From an uncultured bacterium (GTDB taxonomy: Bacteria > Hydrothermota > UBA3073 > NMUJ01 > CBEVQO01), in the NCBI GenBank assembly GCA_965552055.1, contig CBEVQO010000009.1, positions 1 through 64,000 of the forward strand: a DNA stretch of 64,000 nt, read 5' to 3'. The notes below the pieces were generated by a model. The model ran no database searches and was not told where the DNA came from. It was given only the letters and a program-made list of their open reading frames with translations. Shown piece by piece: positions 49,599 to 59,620 of the stretch; position 1 is the stretch's first letter; each line of letters starts with the position of its first letter. The position numbers and the translations under genes were made by a program.

Positions 49599-52159
49599 TT
49601 TACGCCTCCATAAATCAATTGCTTTATTCTCTCAAACTCTCCGAATTTTAAAGTATCCCTCTCCGTCTCAAGTATTTCATATTTAACCTTATCTGGATTT
49701 AGCCCCTCTATTTCTCTCATCGCCTTTTCTACTTCTTCAACCTTAAAAGGTTCTCCTTTTATCTCTACTATTATAATTTTGCCGTTTTTCTTTTTGATTA
49801 GAAAATCTGGAGTGTAATTATGCCATTTCCCATCTGAACCTTTATATTCAAAAATGAAATCGGTTTTATCTTTTGAGTTAATTGCTCCTGTAAAGTATAC
49901 ATCTTCAACCTCATCTGGATTCTCACCAAGTAAAAGTAATAACTTTTCAAAGAATTCCATTTCAGGCTTTGAATCAAAATTGTAAGGATCATAATGAAAT
50001 CCAAAACTTGGCTTACCTGCTTTTTCCCAGTAAAGTAAAAGTTCTTCAAATCTTGTTTTATTTATTTTTATCTCAGTATAAAAGTTCCCGTTCTCGTCTT
50101 TTTTAAATCCATCCAGCCTGAGAAGTGCAAGGGCTTGCTCAACAATTTCTTCTTTAATTTCATATTTTGATATTTGTTCTTCTATCGCTTCCTTAATTTT
50201 TTTACCCAAGGATATAGGGATTGTATTTTCTCCTAAATGTTTTTTAAACAGTTCAAGAATGTTCATGTAATTTAAACGATAGGTATCGGCAATATCAACC
50301 GCTAATGAGTAAATATCAATTACCGGTTCTTCTATTTCAACCTCTTGTTCTCCTATCCGTCTCAAAACTTTCCCTTTTCTTCCCTCTTGAGATAAGTCAT
50401 AGATAGATTTTTTAAGTTTCACTCTTTCTGGACTCAAATCGCTTATGGATAAAGATAGTTCCTCCGCTTTTTTATCTTCCTTAGGAATAACTTTTAAAAC
50501 TTTCTTTTTGATAACCACAGGCGGTATTTCTGTTTTTCTGATTATAAGTTTAACTTCATAAGATTCCCTCGTCTGATTGTTAAGATCTGATAAGGTTTCT
50601 CCATAGGTTTCTCTCAATTGATTATTTAACAAGCAGACATTTTTCTGGGAAAGATAAATTTTGGCTTTGTGAGTATTCCCAGGCACTTGTCTTAAACATC
50701 TTGTGGCAGCCTGTAGGCAAAAGTTATTTGCTCCTCGTAGTTCCCTTGCAAGGGCACAGGCGAAAAGGGAAGGACAATTCCATCCCTCTGTTCCCTTATT
50801 TACAAGTAAAAAGATTCTATAAGGTACTGCAGGATCGTTTATTCTATTATCAAATAAATCTTGAACCTCTTTCGATGCTTTGTTATGAACCTCTAAAACA
50901 ACCGAACTGGGATCTATTCCTCTGCTGCTCAAAACCTGTTCCACAATAGGTCGGAATTCGGATATATCCTCAATTTTTGGGAAATAAATAGCAAGTTTCG
51001 CCTTTGCTCCATTATAAATTGAAACATTCCAATAATTGCTTATAAAATCATTTACAACTTCTCTTATAAAATTTTCATCTGAAACATCTTGATATGCAAC
51101 TATATTGCCTCTGACATCTTTTAAAATACCATCTTTTATACCCTGAGATAATCCGTACCAATAAATTACATCCCTTAAAACTTTACCTTGATAATAAGGT
51201 GTTCCCGTTGTATTAACAGTTACTATTAAATTTGTTTTCTCTGCAATGTAGTTTATAGTTTGTCTCACTCTTTTTAATTCTTCACCGACTTTCTGACCAT
51301 AGGTATGGTGAGCCTCGTCTGAAAAAACTGCCAAGTTAGGAAGAGAGGTTATAGTAGAAAGTCTTTGATTCGCAATCAGGCTTTTAAGTTCGTCTTCCTT
51401 TTCGGTTTGGTTAAACAGATTCTGAAAATAAGATTTTTTAATAGATTCTTTTGTAAGTCTGATTTTTTCTGTATTAGTTACTATTACATTATAAGAACTT
51501 CCTTTTATCACCGGAATATCTCTTTGTCCGTCTCTCGTATAAGTAAATTTAACATTAGTCATAAATTTCTTATATAGCCGTGGAGGTAATATTTTTTCAT
51601 AAGGTGCAAAAGAAATTTCTCTTAGCGCTCCCAGAATGGTTTTCCCTGGAGCAAATACAAGAGCATTTTTAACGAAATTATCTTCAGGATATTCAAGTGA
51701 GAGAGCAAATTCTGTTGCGATAATACTTGCAATAAGGATTGTCTTTCCCGCTCCCATAGCAAGGGCTAAAATATAAGAAGGATAGGGTAAAGTTAAAGAT
51801 TCTCTCAATCCTTCTAATTTGTATTTTTTTGTAAATTCGTCATCTGTTTTTATTTTTTCTATAACTCCTTCCAAGCCTGAATTAATTAAAATATCCGTTA
51901 TTTCTTTCTTGTTGTAAGGAATACCAAGATTTTCGAGTAGATTTGTGCCACTATAAAATTTTTTGTAAAGGTCTTCAATCTTTGGAGTATTTAAAACAAT
52001 TCTCACATACCAGTAATGTTCAAGTGCTTCAATTTGAGCTTTTCTAAGATATCCTTGTTGTTTAATATGAGAAAATATCTCGAACAGTTCAGGGTAATCG
52101 CATTTATAATCTTCTTTTCGCCACTTAGGCACTTCTTTTTTTATTTTTTCATATATCAT
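49595..52159 (-). CDS. Type III-like restriction subunit (Res; SF2 helicase plus C-terminal nuclease)
   Basis: LAMGAGKT, SDEAHH, TTGTP, EGWNCP, YTPDFL...VEIKG. Confidence 0.88.
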   Translation of the reverse strand: MIYEKIKKEVPKWRKEDYKCDYPELFEIFSHIKQQGYLRKAQIEALEHYWYVRIVLNTPKIEDLYKKFYSGTNLLENLGIPYNKKEITDILINSGLEGVIEKIKTDDEFTKKYKLEGLRESLTLPYPSYILALAMGAGKTILIASIIATEFALSLEYPEDNFVKNALVFAPGKTILGALREISFAPYEKILPPRLYKKFMTNVKFTYTRDGQRDIPVIKGSSYNVIVTNTEKIRLTKESIKKSYFQNLFNQTEKEDELKSLIANQRLSTITSLPNLAVFSDEAHHTYGQKVGEELKRVRQTINYIAEKTNLIVTVNTTGTPYYQGKVLRDVIYWYGLSQGIKDGILKDVRGNIVAYQDVSDENFIREVVNDFISNYWNVSIYNGAKAKLAIYFPKIEDISEFRPIVEQVLSSRGIDPSSVVLEVHNKASKEVQDLFDNRINDPAVPYRIFLLVNKGTEGWNCPSLFACALARELRGANNFCLQAATRCLRQVPGNTHKAKIYLSQKNVCLLNNQLRETYGETLSDLNNQTRESYEVKLIIRKTEIPPVVIKKKVLKVIPKEDKKAEELSLSISDLSPERVKLKKSIYDLSQEGRKGKVLRRIGEQEVEIEEPVIDIYSLAVDIADTYRLNYMNILELFKKHLGENTIPISLGKKIKEAIEEQISKYEIKEEIVEQALALLRLDGFKKDENGNFYTEIKINKTRFEELLLYWEKAGKPSFGFHYDPYNFDSKPEMEFFEKLLLLLGENPDEVEDVYFTGAINSKDKTDFIFEYKGSDGKWHNYTPDFLIKKKNGKIIIVEIKGEPFKVEEVEKAMREIEGLNPDKVKYEILETERDTLKFGEFERIKQLIYGGVK

Positions 52160-52277
52160 TTTTTGTTATTTTAAAGTACTTATAATATACACATAAATCT
52201 CTCATTTTTAAAATTTTATTTGAATATTTGGAAAGTCAAGAAAAATTTTTGGGAAATTATTGAAAAATTAGATGAGG

Positions 52278-52526
52278 TGCGAGGCGTAGCCGAGCATAAT
52301 ACATATGGGTTGTAGGTCAACACCCCGAGCGGTGAAAGCGGGACTGCGTTTTTAGGGCGTGTTTGCAGTTGATTTTATTCATTGAGCTTGCAAAGCAAAT
52401 GAGGTTTTTGGTTGCGAATTTGACTAATTACGGGCAGGGCGTTTTAAGAGCTGTGGCAGGGTGCAGGTCTGTGACCTGTAGCGAGGGGTGTGCACGAGGG
52501 TGGTGGGGACAGGGAGGCGGGGCTAA
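52278..52526 (-). repeat. Dispersed intergenic repeat, copy 4 (inverted)
   Basis: Reverse complement begins TTAGCCCCGCCTCCCTGTCCCCACCACCCTC and ends ACAACCCATATGTATTATGCTCGGCTACGCCTCGCA. Confidence 0.85.
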
Positions 52527-52885
52527 ATATTGAATACTTCAATCATGGGGGTTTCTGGAGACCTTGGATTTGGGATTACTTTTCTCGTGCTCGGTTCAAT
52601 GATTAAATCCAAGCGTTCACGCACTATTTGACCTACAAGTGGTTGTGCTCCTTTCTCTTCCGCTAAAACATCAAAAACAGCTTTCCTACCTGCTATCTCC
52701 AATATCACCCAGCCGTAAATTTCTTTTCTCTTTACTTCATCAATTTTTTCCAATCCGAGTTTTTGTATTAAATCTATAGGCAGGACTGACATCGTTGCAC
52801 CGGTATCAACCACAGCTTCTATTTCTATTGACTTTAATGGGTCTTTTAAATTTGTGAGCTTTATTTTTGTAATAACTTTGCCCAT
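52523..52885 (-). CDS. Retropepsin-like aspartic protease (possible short internal deletion)
   Basis: AVVDTGAT, PLVGQIV; the flap region seen in the paralog (FKTADGR) is absent. Confidence 0.75.
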   Translation of the reverse strand: MGKVITKIKLTNLKDPLKSIEIEAVVDTGATMSVLPIDLIQKLGLEKIDEVKRKEIYGWVILEIAGRKAVFDVLAEEKGAQPLVGQIVRERLDLIIEPSTRKVIPNPRSPETPMIEVFNI

Positions 52886-52888
52886 CTC

Positions 52889-53545
52889 CTAAAACTTTGG
52901 TTTTTTAATTCTTGGTGGAAGGATATAATGTGGCTCAAGGCTTATTATATCTGCGAATTCTCCCTTTTTCGCCTTTTCCTCTCCTATTTTCGCTACAACA
53001 CCGCCACGAGGCGATGTAAGAAAAGGTTCAGAAAAGATAAAATTATCATTAAAAATCCCTTTGTATCTATAAGCACCATCCCCCGATATTATTACTTTCT
53101 CCCTTATTTCTTTTAAAATTTCTTCGGGTTTTAAAACTTTATTATCCCATAACTTTTTATAATCCGTATCGAAAAGTGATGCATAAACTTCTCCGCATCT
53201 TGCATCTATTAATGTCAAAATTTTATATCCGGGTGAAGGAATGCATCTCGAAAGTGCTTCATCTGTGGCTATTGCTACCACTTTCTTTTTGAGAGGAAAA
53301 GCAAGTCCCTTAACGCAAGATAAACCTATTCTCAATCCCGTAAAAGAGCCGGGTCCCGTTGTTATCGCAAAACCTTCTAAATTTTCCAGATTAATATTTA
53401 AAGATTTAAGCGCAAAATCAATAATTTTTAATAAGTTCTCGGACCTCGCTGTTTCAAAATGCTGTGAAAATTCAAATAAAATTCTGCCATCCTTGCATAT
53501 CCCCAAATTTATCTCGTAAGAAGATGTATCAATACCCATCCACAT
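52889..53545 (-). CDS. tsaB: tRNA t6A biosynthesis protein TsaB
   Basis: GIDTS, GPGSFTGLRIG, IDAR.GEVY, LEPHY. Confidence 0.93.
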   Translation of the reverse strand: MWMGIDTSSYEINLGICKDGRILFEFSQHFETARSENLLKIIDFALKSLNINLENLEGFAITTGPGSFTGLRIGLSCVKGLAFPLKKKVVAIATDEALSRCIPSPGYKILTLIDARCGEVYASLFDTDYKKLWDNKVLKPEEILKEIREKVIISGDGAYRYKGIFNDNFIFSEPFLTSPRGGVVAKIGEEKAKKGEFADIISLEPHYILPPRIKKPKF

Positions 53546-53948
53546 AATTTACCTCTATTTCTCTTTCTGTTTCTGATATTATTTTGATTTTTACATCAAT
53601 TCTTTTTTCTGGCAATAAATCTTTTGCTCTATTTGCCCATTCTATGATGCAAATTCCATCCGAATAGAAAAATTCTTCGTATCCGAAAGATTTTAAATCG
53701 TCCTGTGATAATCTATAAAGGTCAATATGATAAACTTTTATCTTTGCGTTATATTCTCTGACTATTGTAAAAGAAGGGCTTTTTACATATCCTTTGTATC
53801 CCAGTCCTTCCATTATTCCTTTAATGAACACGGTTTTGCCTGCTCCTATTTCTCCGTAAATAGCAACTACATCGCCTTTTTTAAGATTTTGTGCAAACTC
53901 TTTGCCAAATTCAAAGGTATCTTTTTCGGATTTTGATAAATATTTCAT
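53529..53948 (-). CDS. tsaE: tRNA t6A biosynthesis ATPase TsaE
   Basis: GEIGAGKT, SPSFTIV, HIDLYRL, IEWA. Confidence 0.95.
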   Translation of the reverse strand: MKYLSKSEKDTFEFGKEFAQNLKKGDVVAIYGEIGAGKTVFIKGIMEGLGYKGYVKSPSFTIVREYNAKIKVYHIDLYRLSQDDLKSFGYEEFFYSDGICIIEWANRAKDLLPEKRIDVKIKIISETEREIEVNYVDGY

Positions 53949-53953
53949 CTGCT

Positions 53954-54008
53954 ATTTTAACAATAATTTTAAAAAGTCAAGTTGACAAATCGGGATAAAG
54001 ATTAAAAT
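53954..54008. promoter_or_regulatory. Back-to-back divergent promoters (tsaE and HEPN-amrS), both with 15-nt spacers
   Basis: AGTCAA-G-TTGACA at 53975-53987; plus strand TAAAAT 54003-54008; minus strand TTGACT-N15-TAAAAT, 5 nt before the tsaE ATG. Confidence 0.6.
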
Positions 54009-54026
54009 TTAAGATGGATAAGGGAG

Positions 54027-54449
54027 GTGTTTATGAGTGTGGAAGAGCTAAGAAAGGAAGCTGAAAGATGGCTTGAAATTGCAAAAAGTGATTATGAATC
54101 AGCCGAAATACTTTTTAAAAGCAATAAGTATGCTCATGCCTGTTTCTTTTGTCAGCAGGCAGCTGAAAAAGCGCTAAAAGCTGTGTGGTACTGTTTGGGT
54201 CAGGAAACACTGGGGCGTTCTGTTCTTAAATTAATAGAAGAGTTACAGTTGGTTTCTTTTAATATTTATAGAGAATTTAAGGGGTTAAAGGGCGATGCTC
54301 AATATCTTGATGAATTCTACATTTCTGCCAGATATCCCGATGCTTTAAGCGATGCCACTCCTGATGAAATATACGATAAAGAAGATGCCGAGAAAGCGCT
54401 TTATAGTGCGAAAAAGATATTGGATAAAGTGAAGGAGCTTATGGAATGA
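54027..54449 (+). CDS. HEPN-domain protein (MNT-HEPN type), orphan
   Basis: WL..AKSD, ACFFCQQAAEKALKA, YISARYP. Confidence 0.85.
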   Translation: MFMSVEELRKEAERWLEIAKSDYESAEILFKSNKYAHACFFCQQAAEKALKAVWYCLGQETLGRSVLKLIEELQLVSFNIYREFKGLKGDAQYLDEFYISARYPDALSDATPDEIYDKEDAEKALYSAKKILDKVKELME

Positions 54450-55441
54450 AGGAAGCACTTTTTTACAGGCAGCTGGAGAATGGTGTTTGCGAATGTTTAC
54501 TTTGTCCTCACAGATGCAAAATCGCTCCAGGCAAAGAAGGATTATGTATGGCACGCAGAAATATCGAAGGCAAATTGTATGCTGTAAATTATGCAAAAAC
54601 AGTATCTATCGCAATTGACCCTATTGAGAAAAAACCACTTTACAATTTTTATCCGGGAACCCAAATATTATCAATTGCTCCAAATTCCTGTAATATGAAA
54701 TGTCCATATTGTCAAAATTATGAAATAAGCCAGAAGAAATCATACACTTATGAATTACCGGTAAGTGAACTGGTTAGAATTTTAAAAGAGCATCCATCTG
54801 TGGGTGTTGCATATACTTACACAGAGCCGCTCACATGGTATGAATATCTGCTTGATGCAGGATACGCTGTAAAGGAAGCAGGATACAAAAATGTACTCGT
54901 TACAAATGGAATGATAAATGAAGAACCTTTGAAACATTTATTACCCGTAATTGATGCAGTAAATGTTGATTTAAAATCAATAAGACCAGAATTTTATAAA
55001 GAACTAGTAAAAGGTGATTTGGAGACGGTTAAAAATTTCATCAAGATATTACATTCTGAGGGAAAACATGTTGAAGTTACAAATCTTGTGATTCCGGGAT
55101 ATAATGATACTGATGAGGATTTTGAGAAATTAACCGATTTCATTGCAGGTGTAAGCCCTGATATTCCTGTTCATTTTACGCGTTTTTTTCCTCATTACAA
55201 ATTTTATGATTTACATCCGACACCTGTTGAGAGATTGAAAAGAGCATATGAAATAGCTGTTAAAAAACTTCATTATGTTTATCTCGGTAATGTGCTTACA
55301 GGCAGGGAAGGCAACACCTATTGCCCTTATTGTGGCAATTTACTAATTGAGCGTGGCTATTTTTACGATGTGAGAATTTCTGGCGTTGAAAAAGGCAAAT
55401 GCAAAAAGTGTGGCGAAAAGGTGAACATTGTAATGGATTAA
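54446..55441 (+). CDS. amrS: AmmeMemoRadiSam radical SAM enzyme
   Basis: CLLCPHRC, DPIEKKPL, CNMKCPYCQN, YTYTEP, RFFPHY. Confidence 0.93.
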   Translation: MKEALFYRQLENGVCECLLCPHRCKIAPGKEGLCMARRNIEGKLYAVNYAKTVSIAIDPIEKKPLYNFYPGTQILSIAPNSCNMKCPYCQNYEISQKKSYTYELPVSELVRILKEHPSVGVAYTYTEPLTWYEYLLDAGYAVKEAGYKNVLVTNGMINEEPLKHLLPVIDAVNVDLKSIRPEFYKELVKGDLETVKNFIKILHSEGKHVEVTNLVIPGYNDTDEDFEKLTDFIAGVSPDIPVHFTRFFPHYKFYDLHPTPVERLKRAYEIAVKKLHYVYLGNVLTGREGNTYCPYCGNLLIERGYFYDVRISGVEKGKCKKCGEKVNIVMD

Positions 55442-58296
55442 AATATCGTAAGCTGATAATTTTTGCAAATTTTTTTATATTTACAAATTTTGCATCTACC
55501 TGTCTGATGCCATAAGTTCTGTTCTTTACAAAGTAAGAATCTTACCAAACTTTCTTTTATTTTCTTCAAATCTGTATTATCGTATTTCACTTCATAAAGT
55601 GGATTTTCTTCGAGTATGAAAAATAAAAACAATTTCGGTTTTTTATCGAAAAATGGCAAACTATAAATTTTTAACTGGTTTTCGTATTCGCAGATTTTTG
55701 CTAAATCTTTTTTCTTCGCATATTTAAAATCGCAAATTATAAGCGTATCTCCGTTGCCGATAAAGTCCATTTTGCCTTTGACATAAAAAACTTTGCTGTT
55801 ATGTTCAATGCTTACAAAGAAAGGATATTCGAATTCGTAATCTTTAACATTATATTTTTCCAAAAATTTCCCGAACTTTTTTAAGAATTCTTTCGATATT
55901 TTGAGTAATTTTTCTTTTTCTGTCCTATTCAATAAATTTGCTTCAATTTCTGCATCCATCACTTTTTCTGGCTCTTTTTCCATCACTATTTTGTGCATTA
56001 TTTGACCTGCTATTTCTGGATGACTTTTTGAATTAAACTTATAACCGGGTTTTAATACTTCTTCGAAATAATAATATTTTTCGCAAAACATGAATTTTGC
56101 CAGTTCTGTTGCATTCACCGACAGTACCTTCAATTCGGGCTTTTTCTCTTTTATCTTAATGGTCTGTGGCAATTCTATTTTCTTTTCGAATTTGAATTCC
56201 TTCTCTGTTTCAAAGTCTTTAACTATTACTTTTTTGATATTTTCCTCTTTTTCGAAATAACTTTTTATTTCGTTCCACCATTTTTTACCTTTGCCGTAAT
56301 TTTTAGGGTTTAAATTTTCGTCTACGAAATACGGTATTATAAGGTAATTTTTTGCTCTTGTAATTGCTACATATAATAATCTTTTTCTTTCTTCTTCACT
56401 TGCTTTATCCATTTTAAATATTTGCTTGGTGCCACTTCCCTTTGGTTGCCATGCTGTATCTCCCAGTATGACCGTATCGAATTCAAGTCCTTTTGCCTGG
56501 TGCACCGTCATTATTTTAACTGCCTTTTGTTCCTCAAGCGTTGATTGGGCTTCTGGCTCTTTAGGTTCTGCCTCTATCAAATATTCAAGATGTCTTGTAA
56601 AATCAAAGAGTGTGTTTAATCTTTTCCTTTCGAATTCCCGTGCTATTTCCTTTAGCTTTTGCAAATTAGCGTATTTCTGCAAGCCCTGATGCATCGATAA
56701 AACAATTTTATCATAATCCGTTAATCTAAAAATTTCTTCAAGCAGTTCAAAAATTTTAACATTATCCCGTATTTCTTTTAAAGTTTTCAATATTTCTGTA
56801 AATTTTTTGCATAATGGGTGAGAAGATTTTTTGACAAGTTCAATTAGGTATTTATCCGATTTTTTTCTCATTTCGTAAATGTCTTTGTCTTCCATTCCTA
56901 TCATCGGTGACCTTAGCACTCCGTATAATGCGATTTCATCGTATTCATTTTCAAGCAATTTTAACATGCACAATATATCTTTTATTTCCTGACAGCCATA
57001 AAATCCCATACCACGCACTAAATAATAAGGAATCCCTTTTTGTTTTAATTGCTCCTCAAAGAAATTAACACCTCTTATGGTCGGGAAAAGGATAGCTATA
57101 TCTTCTGGTTTTTTGCCATTTTCCAAAAGTTCGCATATCCTTGATACAATTGCTCTGGCTGTTATTTTTCTTTTTTCGGTAGAATTAGCATCTCCAATTT
57201 TTATCCTTAAAATTTCAACAGAAGGCGGTGTTTCTTCTCTTACTGCTATCAATTTTTCTTTTTCTTCGAAGTTTTTAAAAAGATATGGTGAAAAGTCATT
57301 CACAAAATCTATAATGGTCTTGTTTGAACGCCAGTTTTCCTGTAAGTTTACAATAACCCCTCCCTGTTTTTCGATGTCTTCTTTTACTCTTTCGAAAACA
57401 TGGAGGTCTGCACCTCTAAAGCTATATATCGATTGCTTCCTGTCGCCCACTACAAAAAGCTTACCTTCTGCAAGTTTCAGATTATTTGCATCAGCAGCAC
57501 AATAATTTAAATCTTCGCAAAGATAATAAATTATCTTTCTCTGGATGTCGTTGGTATCTTGAAATTCATCGACAAGAATTGCTGAAAACTTTTTCTTATA
57601 CTTTTGTCTGATGTCTTTTTCTTCTCTTAACATTTTTTCGGTATAGATTAAAAGGTCATCGTAATCGAGGAAACCTGCCTCTTTTTTCTTTTCTTCAAAC
57701 ATCTTTTCTACATCAATCGCCAGTGAATAAAGTAATTTTTCATCTTCCTTTTCCGGTTCTTCAAAATCCTGTATTCTTTTTCCGATTTTCCTTACCTCGA
57801 TTATTGTATCTTTTATAATTTTGATAATGTCGGGGAAATCTTTAGTTTTTAGTAACTCTGTTAATCTATTATCCCTTTTCTTTACGAGTTGCAACAATTT
57901 ATCTTGTATCAATTTTTCTAAGAATATGTTTCTCTCTTCTGTTGTTAATATTTCAAAATCTGGGTCTATTCCTATATCTACTGCATTTTCTTTTAGCAAT
58001 CTCATACAGAATGAATGAATGGTTGTAATATTTGCTCTTGGCAGAAGTAACCAGATTTTTGACCATTTATTTCCCCCTTCTTCTAACTCTTTCTTTATTT
58101 TTTCTTCAACTTTTTCTTTTATTTTTCTAAGCATATCTGTTGCTGCTTTTTCTGTGAATGTTATTGCTACTATTTCTTCTACTTCTTTTCCTTCTTCTAT
58201 CAATTGTAAAAATCTTTCTGTCAAACTATGTGTTTTTCCTGTTCCTGCGCCTGCACATATACAAATGTTTTTATTGAGGGGTAGTTCCTGTGTCAT
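55438..58296 (-). CDS. UvrD/AddA-like SF1 helicase with C-terminal PD-(D/E)XK nuclease and four-Cys (Fe-S-type) motif
   Basis: AGAGTGKT, ITFT, TIHSF, VDEFQD, VGDRKQSIY, NWRS, MTVHQAKGLEF, YVAITRA; GKMD...CDFK; C...CKICKYKKIC. Confidence 0.85.
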   Translation of the reverse strand: MTQELPLNKNICICAGAGTGKTHSLTERFLQLIEEGKEVEEIVAITFTEKAATDMLRKIKEKVEEKIKKELEEGGNKWSKIWLLLPRANITTIHSFCMRLLKENAVDIGIDPDFEILTTEERNIFLEKLIQDKLLQLVKKRDNRLTELLKTKDFPDIIKIIKDTIIEVRKIGKRIQDFEEPEKEDEKLLYSLAIDVEKMFEEKKKEAGFLDYDDLLIYTEKMLREEKDIRQKYKKKFSAILVDEFQDTNDIQRKIIYYLCEDLNYCAADANNLKLAEGKLFVVGDRKQSIYSFRGADLHVFERVKEDIEKQGGVIVNLQENWRSNKTIIDFVNDFSPYLFKNFEEKEKLIAVREETPPSVEILRIKIGDANSTEKRKITARAIVSRICELLENGKKPEDIAILFPTIRGVNFFEEQLKQKGIPYYLVRGMGFYGCQEIKDILCMLKLLENEYDEIALYGVLRSPMIGMEDKDIYEMRKKSDKYLIELVKKSSHPLCKKFTEILKTLKEIRDNVKIFELLEEIFRLTDYDKIVLSMHQGLQKYANLQKLKEIAREFERKRLNTLFDFTRHLEYLIEAEPKEPEAQSTLEEQKAVKIMTVHQAKGLEFDTVILGDTAWQPKGSGTKQIFKMDKASEEERKRLLYVAITRAKNYLIIPYFVDENLNPKNYGKGKKWWNEIKSYFEKEENIKKVIVKDFETEKEFKFEKKIELPQTIKIKEKKPELKVLSVNATELAKFMFCEKYYYFEEVLKPGYKFNSKSHPEIAGQIMHKIVMEKEPEKVMDAEIEANLLNRTEKEKLLKISKEFLKKFGKFLEKYNVKDYEFEYPFFVSIEHNSKVFYVKGKMDFIGNGDTLIICDFKYAKKKDLAKICEYENQLKIYSLPFFDKKPKLFLFFILEENPLYEVKYDNTDLKKIKESLVRFLLCKEQNLWHQTGRCKICKYKKICKNYQLTIF

Positions 58297-59620
58297 GCCT
58301 TATGAAATCAAGATTTTCTGTTACTGCTTTTATAATGTGACGCAAACCAAGAGTTTCTGCATAATCAAGATATTTGGTTTCGACAATTTTCCTTTTGTCA
58401 TCGGTTAATTTGAAGCCTTCGTAAGCTCTTTCGTATATGCTGATTAATTTTCTAATTAATTTTTTGTATTCCGATTTTGGTGGATTTTGCAGTCTTATTA
58501 TACAATCTTCAGGTACATTTTCCACCACTTCCTGATACCACCATGTATCTACAGGTGTCAATGCGATTATTAGGTGTATTGTAACGGGTAGCTGGTAAAT
58601 ATAAGGATGCGGATTTACACCCGAATGTAAATATCCTTCGCTATCCATTTTTCCGAGTAATCTTGACTTATCTTTTTTGATTTCTTCTCTTTCGCATTTT
58701 GTCAATTCTTCTTTGCATCGTGCTACACCGATTAAGCCCCTTAAGAAATCAGAGCCAATTCTTTGTTCTTCGCGATAATCATGATGGAAAATAGTTTCTG
58801 CTTCATCGAGTAATATTATAAATTTTTCTATCCCCATTTGACGCATTATAAAATTTAAGCCTGTTAGAAGATAGCAATAAAGGTCAGCGGTTGGGCGATA
58901 ATTAAGTAAAACTTTTAACTTCATGCCTTTTGAATCAAGATAATCCCGGGGAATTTCTTCGCCTTCTATCCAGTTCCACAATAATTCGTCGTCTCCTCTT
59001 TTCTTTAATTCTTTAAAGAAAGGCGTTAAAAATGTATGTGGCTTTTGAAAATTTACAATATCTTTTGCTTTCCTCATCAAATCCCTAAAATTCAAAATTT
59101 TATTACCAATTTTTACTTCGAGTGATTGCACTATTTCTCTGTAAACATTCTTTGGACGCCACAAAGCTACATCCTGGGGGTCAAGCATTGCTCTTCCTAC
59201 TGCAAAGCCCTTTTCCCTTGCCCATATTCCAATGTAATCAAGAAGATGGGTTTTGCCCTGACCATACTGTCCTTCAATGAGTATCACTCCGTGGTCTTCT
59301 TTTTCGATTTTTTCTGTTATGAATTTAATTTCTTTGTCTCTACCAAATGTGAAGTCGTTTACATAATCATGTGGAACGATGCCCAATCTAAAAGCTTCTA
59401 TCATCCATCTTGCTTTGAAATCGCCAGATATTACCGGCTTTATTCTTACTTCTTTTCTTGCTTCAACACCTGGCACATATTCCACAAACTTAACATGTGC
59501 ACGGGGGATTAAAACCCTGCCAACTTTGGGAAATTCTACTTCGAGATACCATCCCCTGTATTTCGTATCTACTACTATTCCCTCGCCAAATACCGGATGT
59601 TTAACTTTCCCGAGCTTCAT
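58271..59620 (-). CDS. DUF2791/BrxD-like P-loop ATPase with N-terminal Tudor/SH3-like domain
   Basis: IEAFRLGIVP, FGRD.EI, GQYGQGKTHLL (Walker A), ILLDEAE (Walker B); N-terminus VKHPVFGEGIVV. Confidence 0.75.
   Translation of the reverse strand: MKLGKVKHPVFGEGIVVDTKYRGWYLEVEFPKVGRVLIPRAHVKFVEYVPGVEARKEVRIKPVISGDFKARWMIEAFRLGIVPHDYVNDFTFGRDKEIKFITEKIEKEDHGVILIEGQYGQGKTHLLDYIGIWAREKGFAVGRAMLDPQDVALWRPKNVYREIVQSLEVKIGNKILNFRDLMRKAKDIVNFQKPHTFLTPFFKELKKRGDDELLWNWIEGEEIPRDYLDSKGMKLKVLLNYRPTADLYCYLLTGLNFIMRQMGIEKFIILLDEAETIFHHDYREEQRIGSDFLRGLIGVARCKEELTKCEREEIKKDKSRLLGKMDSEGYLHSGVNPHPYIYQLPVTIHLIIALTPVDTWWYQEVVENVPEDCIIRLQNPPKSEYKKLIRKLISIYERAYEGFKLTDDKRKIVETKYLDYAETLGLRHIIKAVTENLDFIRHDTGTTPQ

Noticed and set aside
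26480..52526. Prophage or autonomous IS
   Set aside because: No structural phage, terminase or transposase genes were recognised.
41304..59620. Complete BREX or Shango system
   Set aside because: No pglX, pglZ, brxC or TerB-like gene is present, and the helicase and ATPase are in separate operons.
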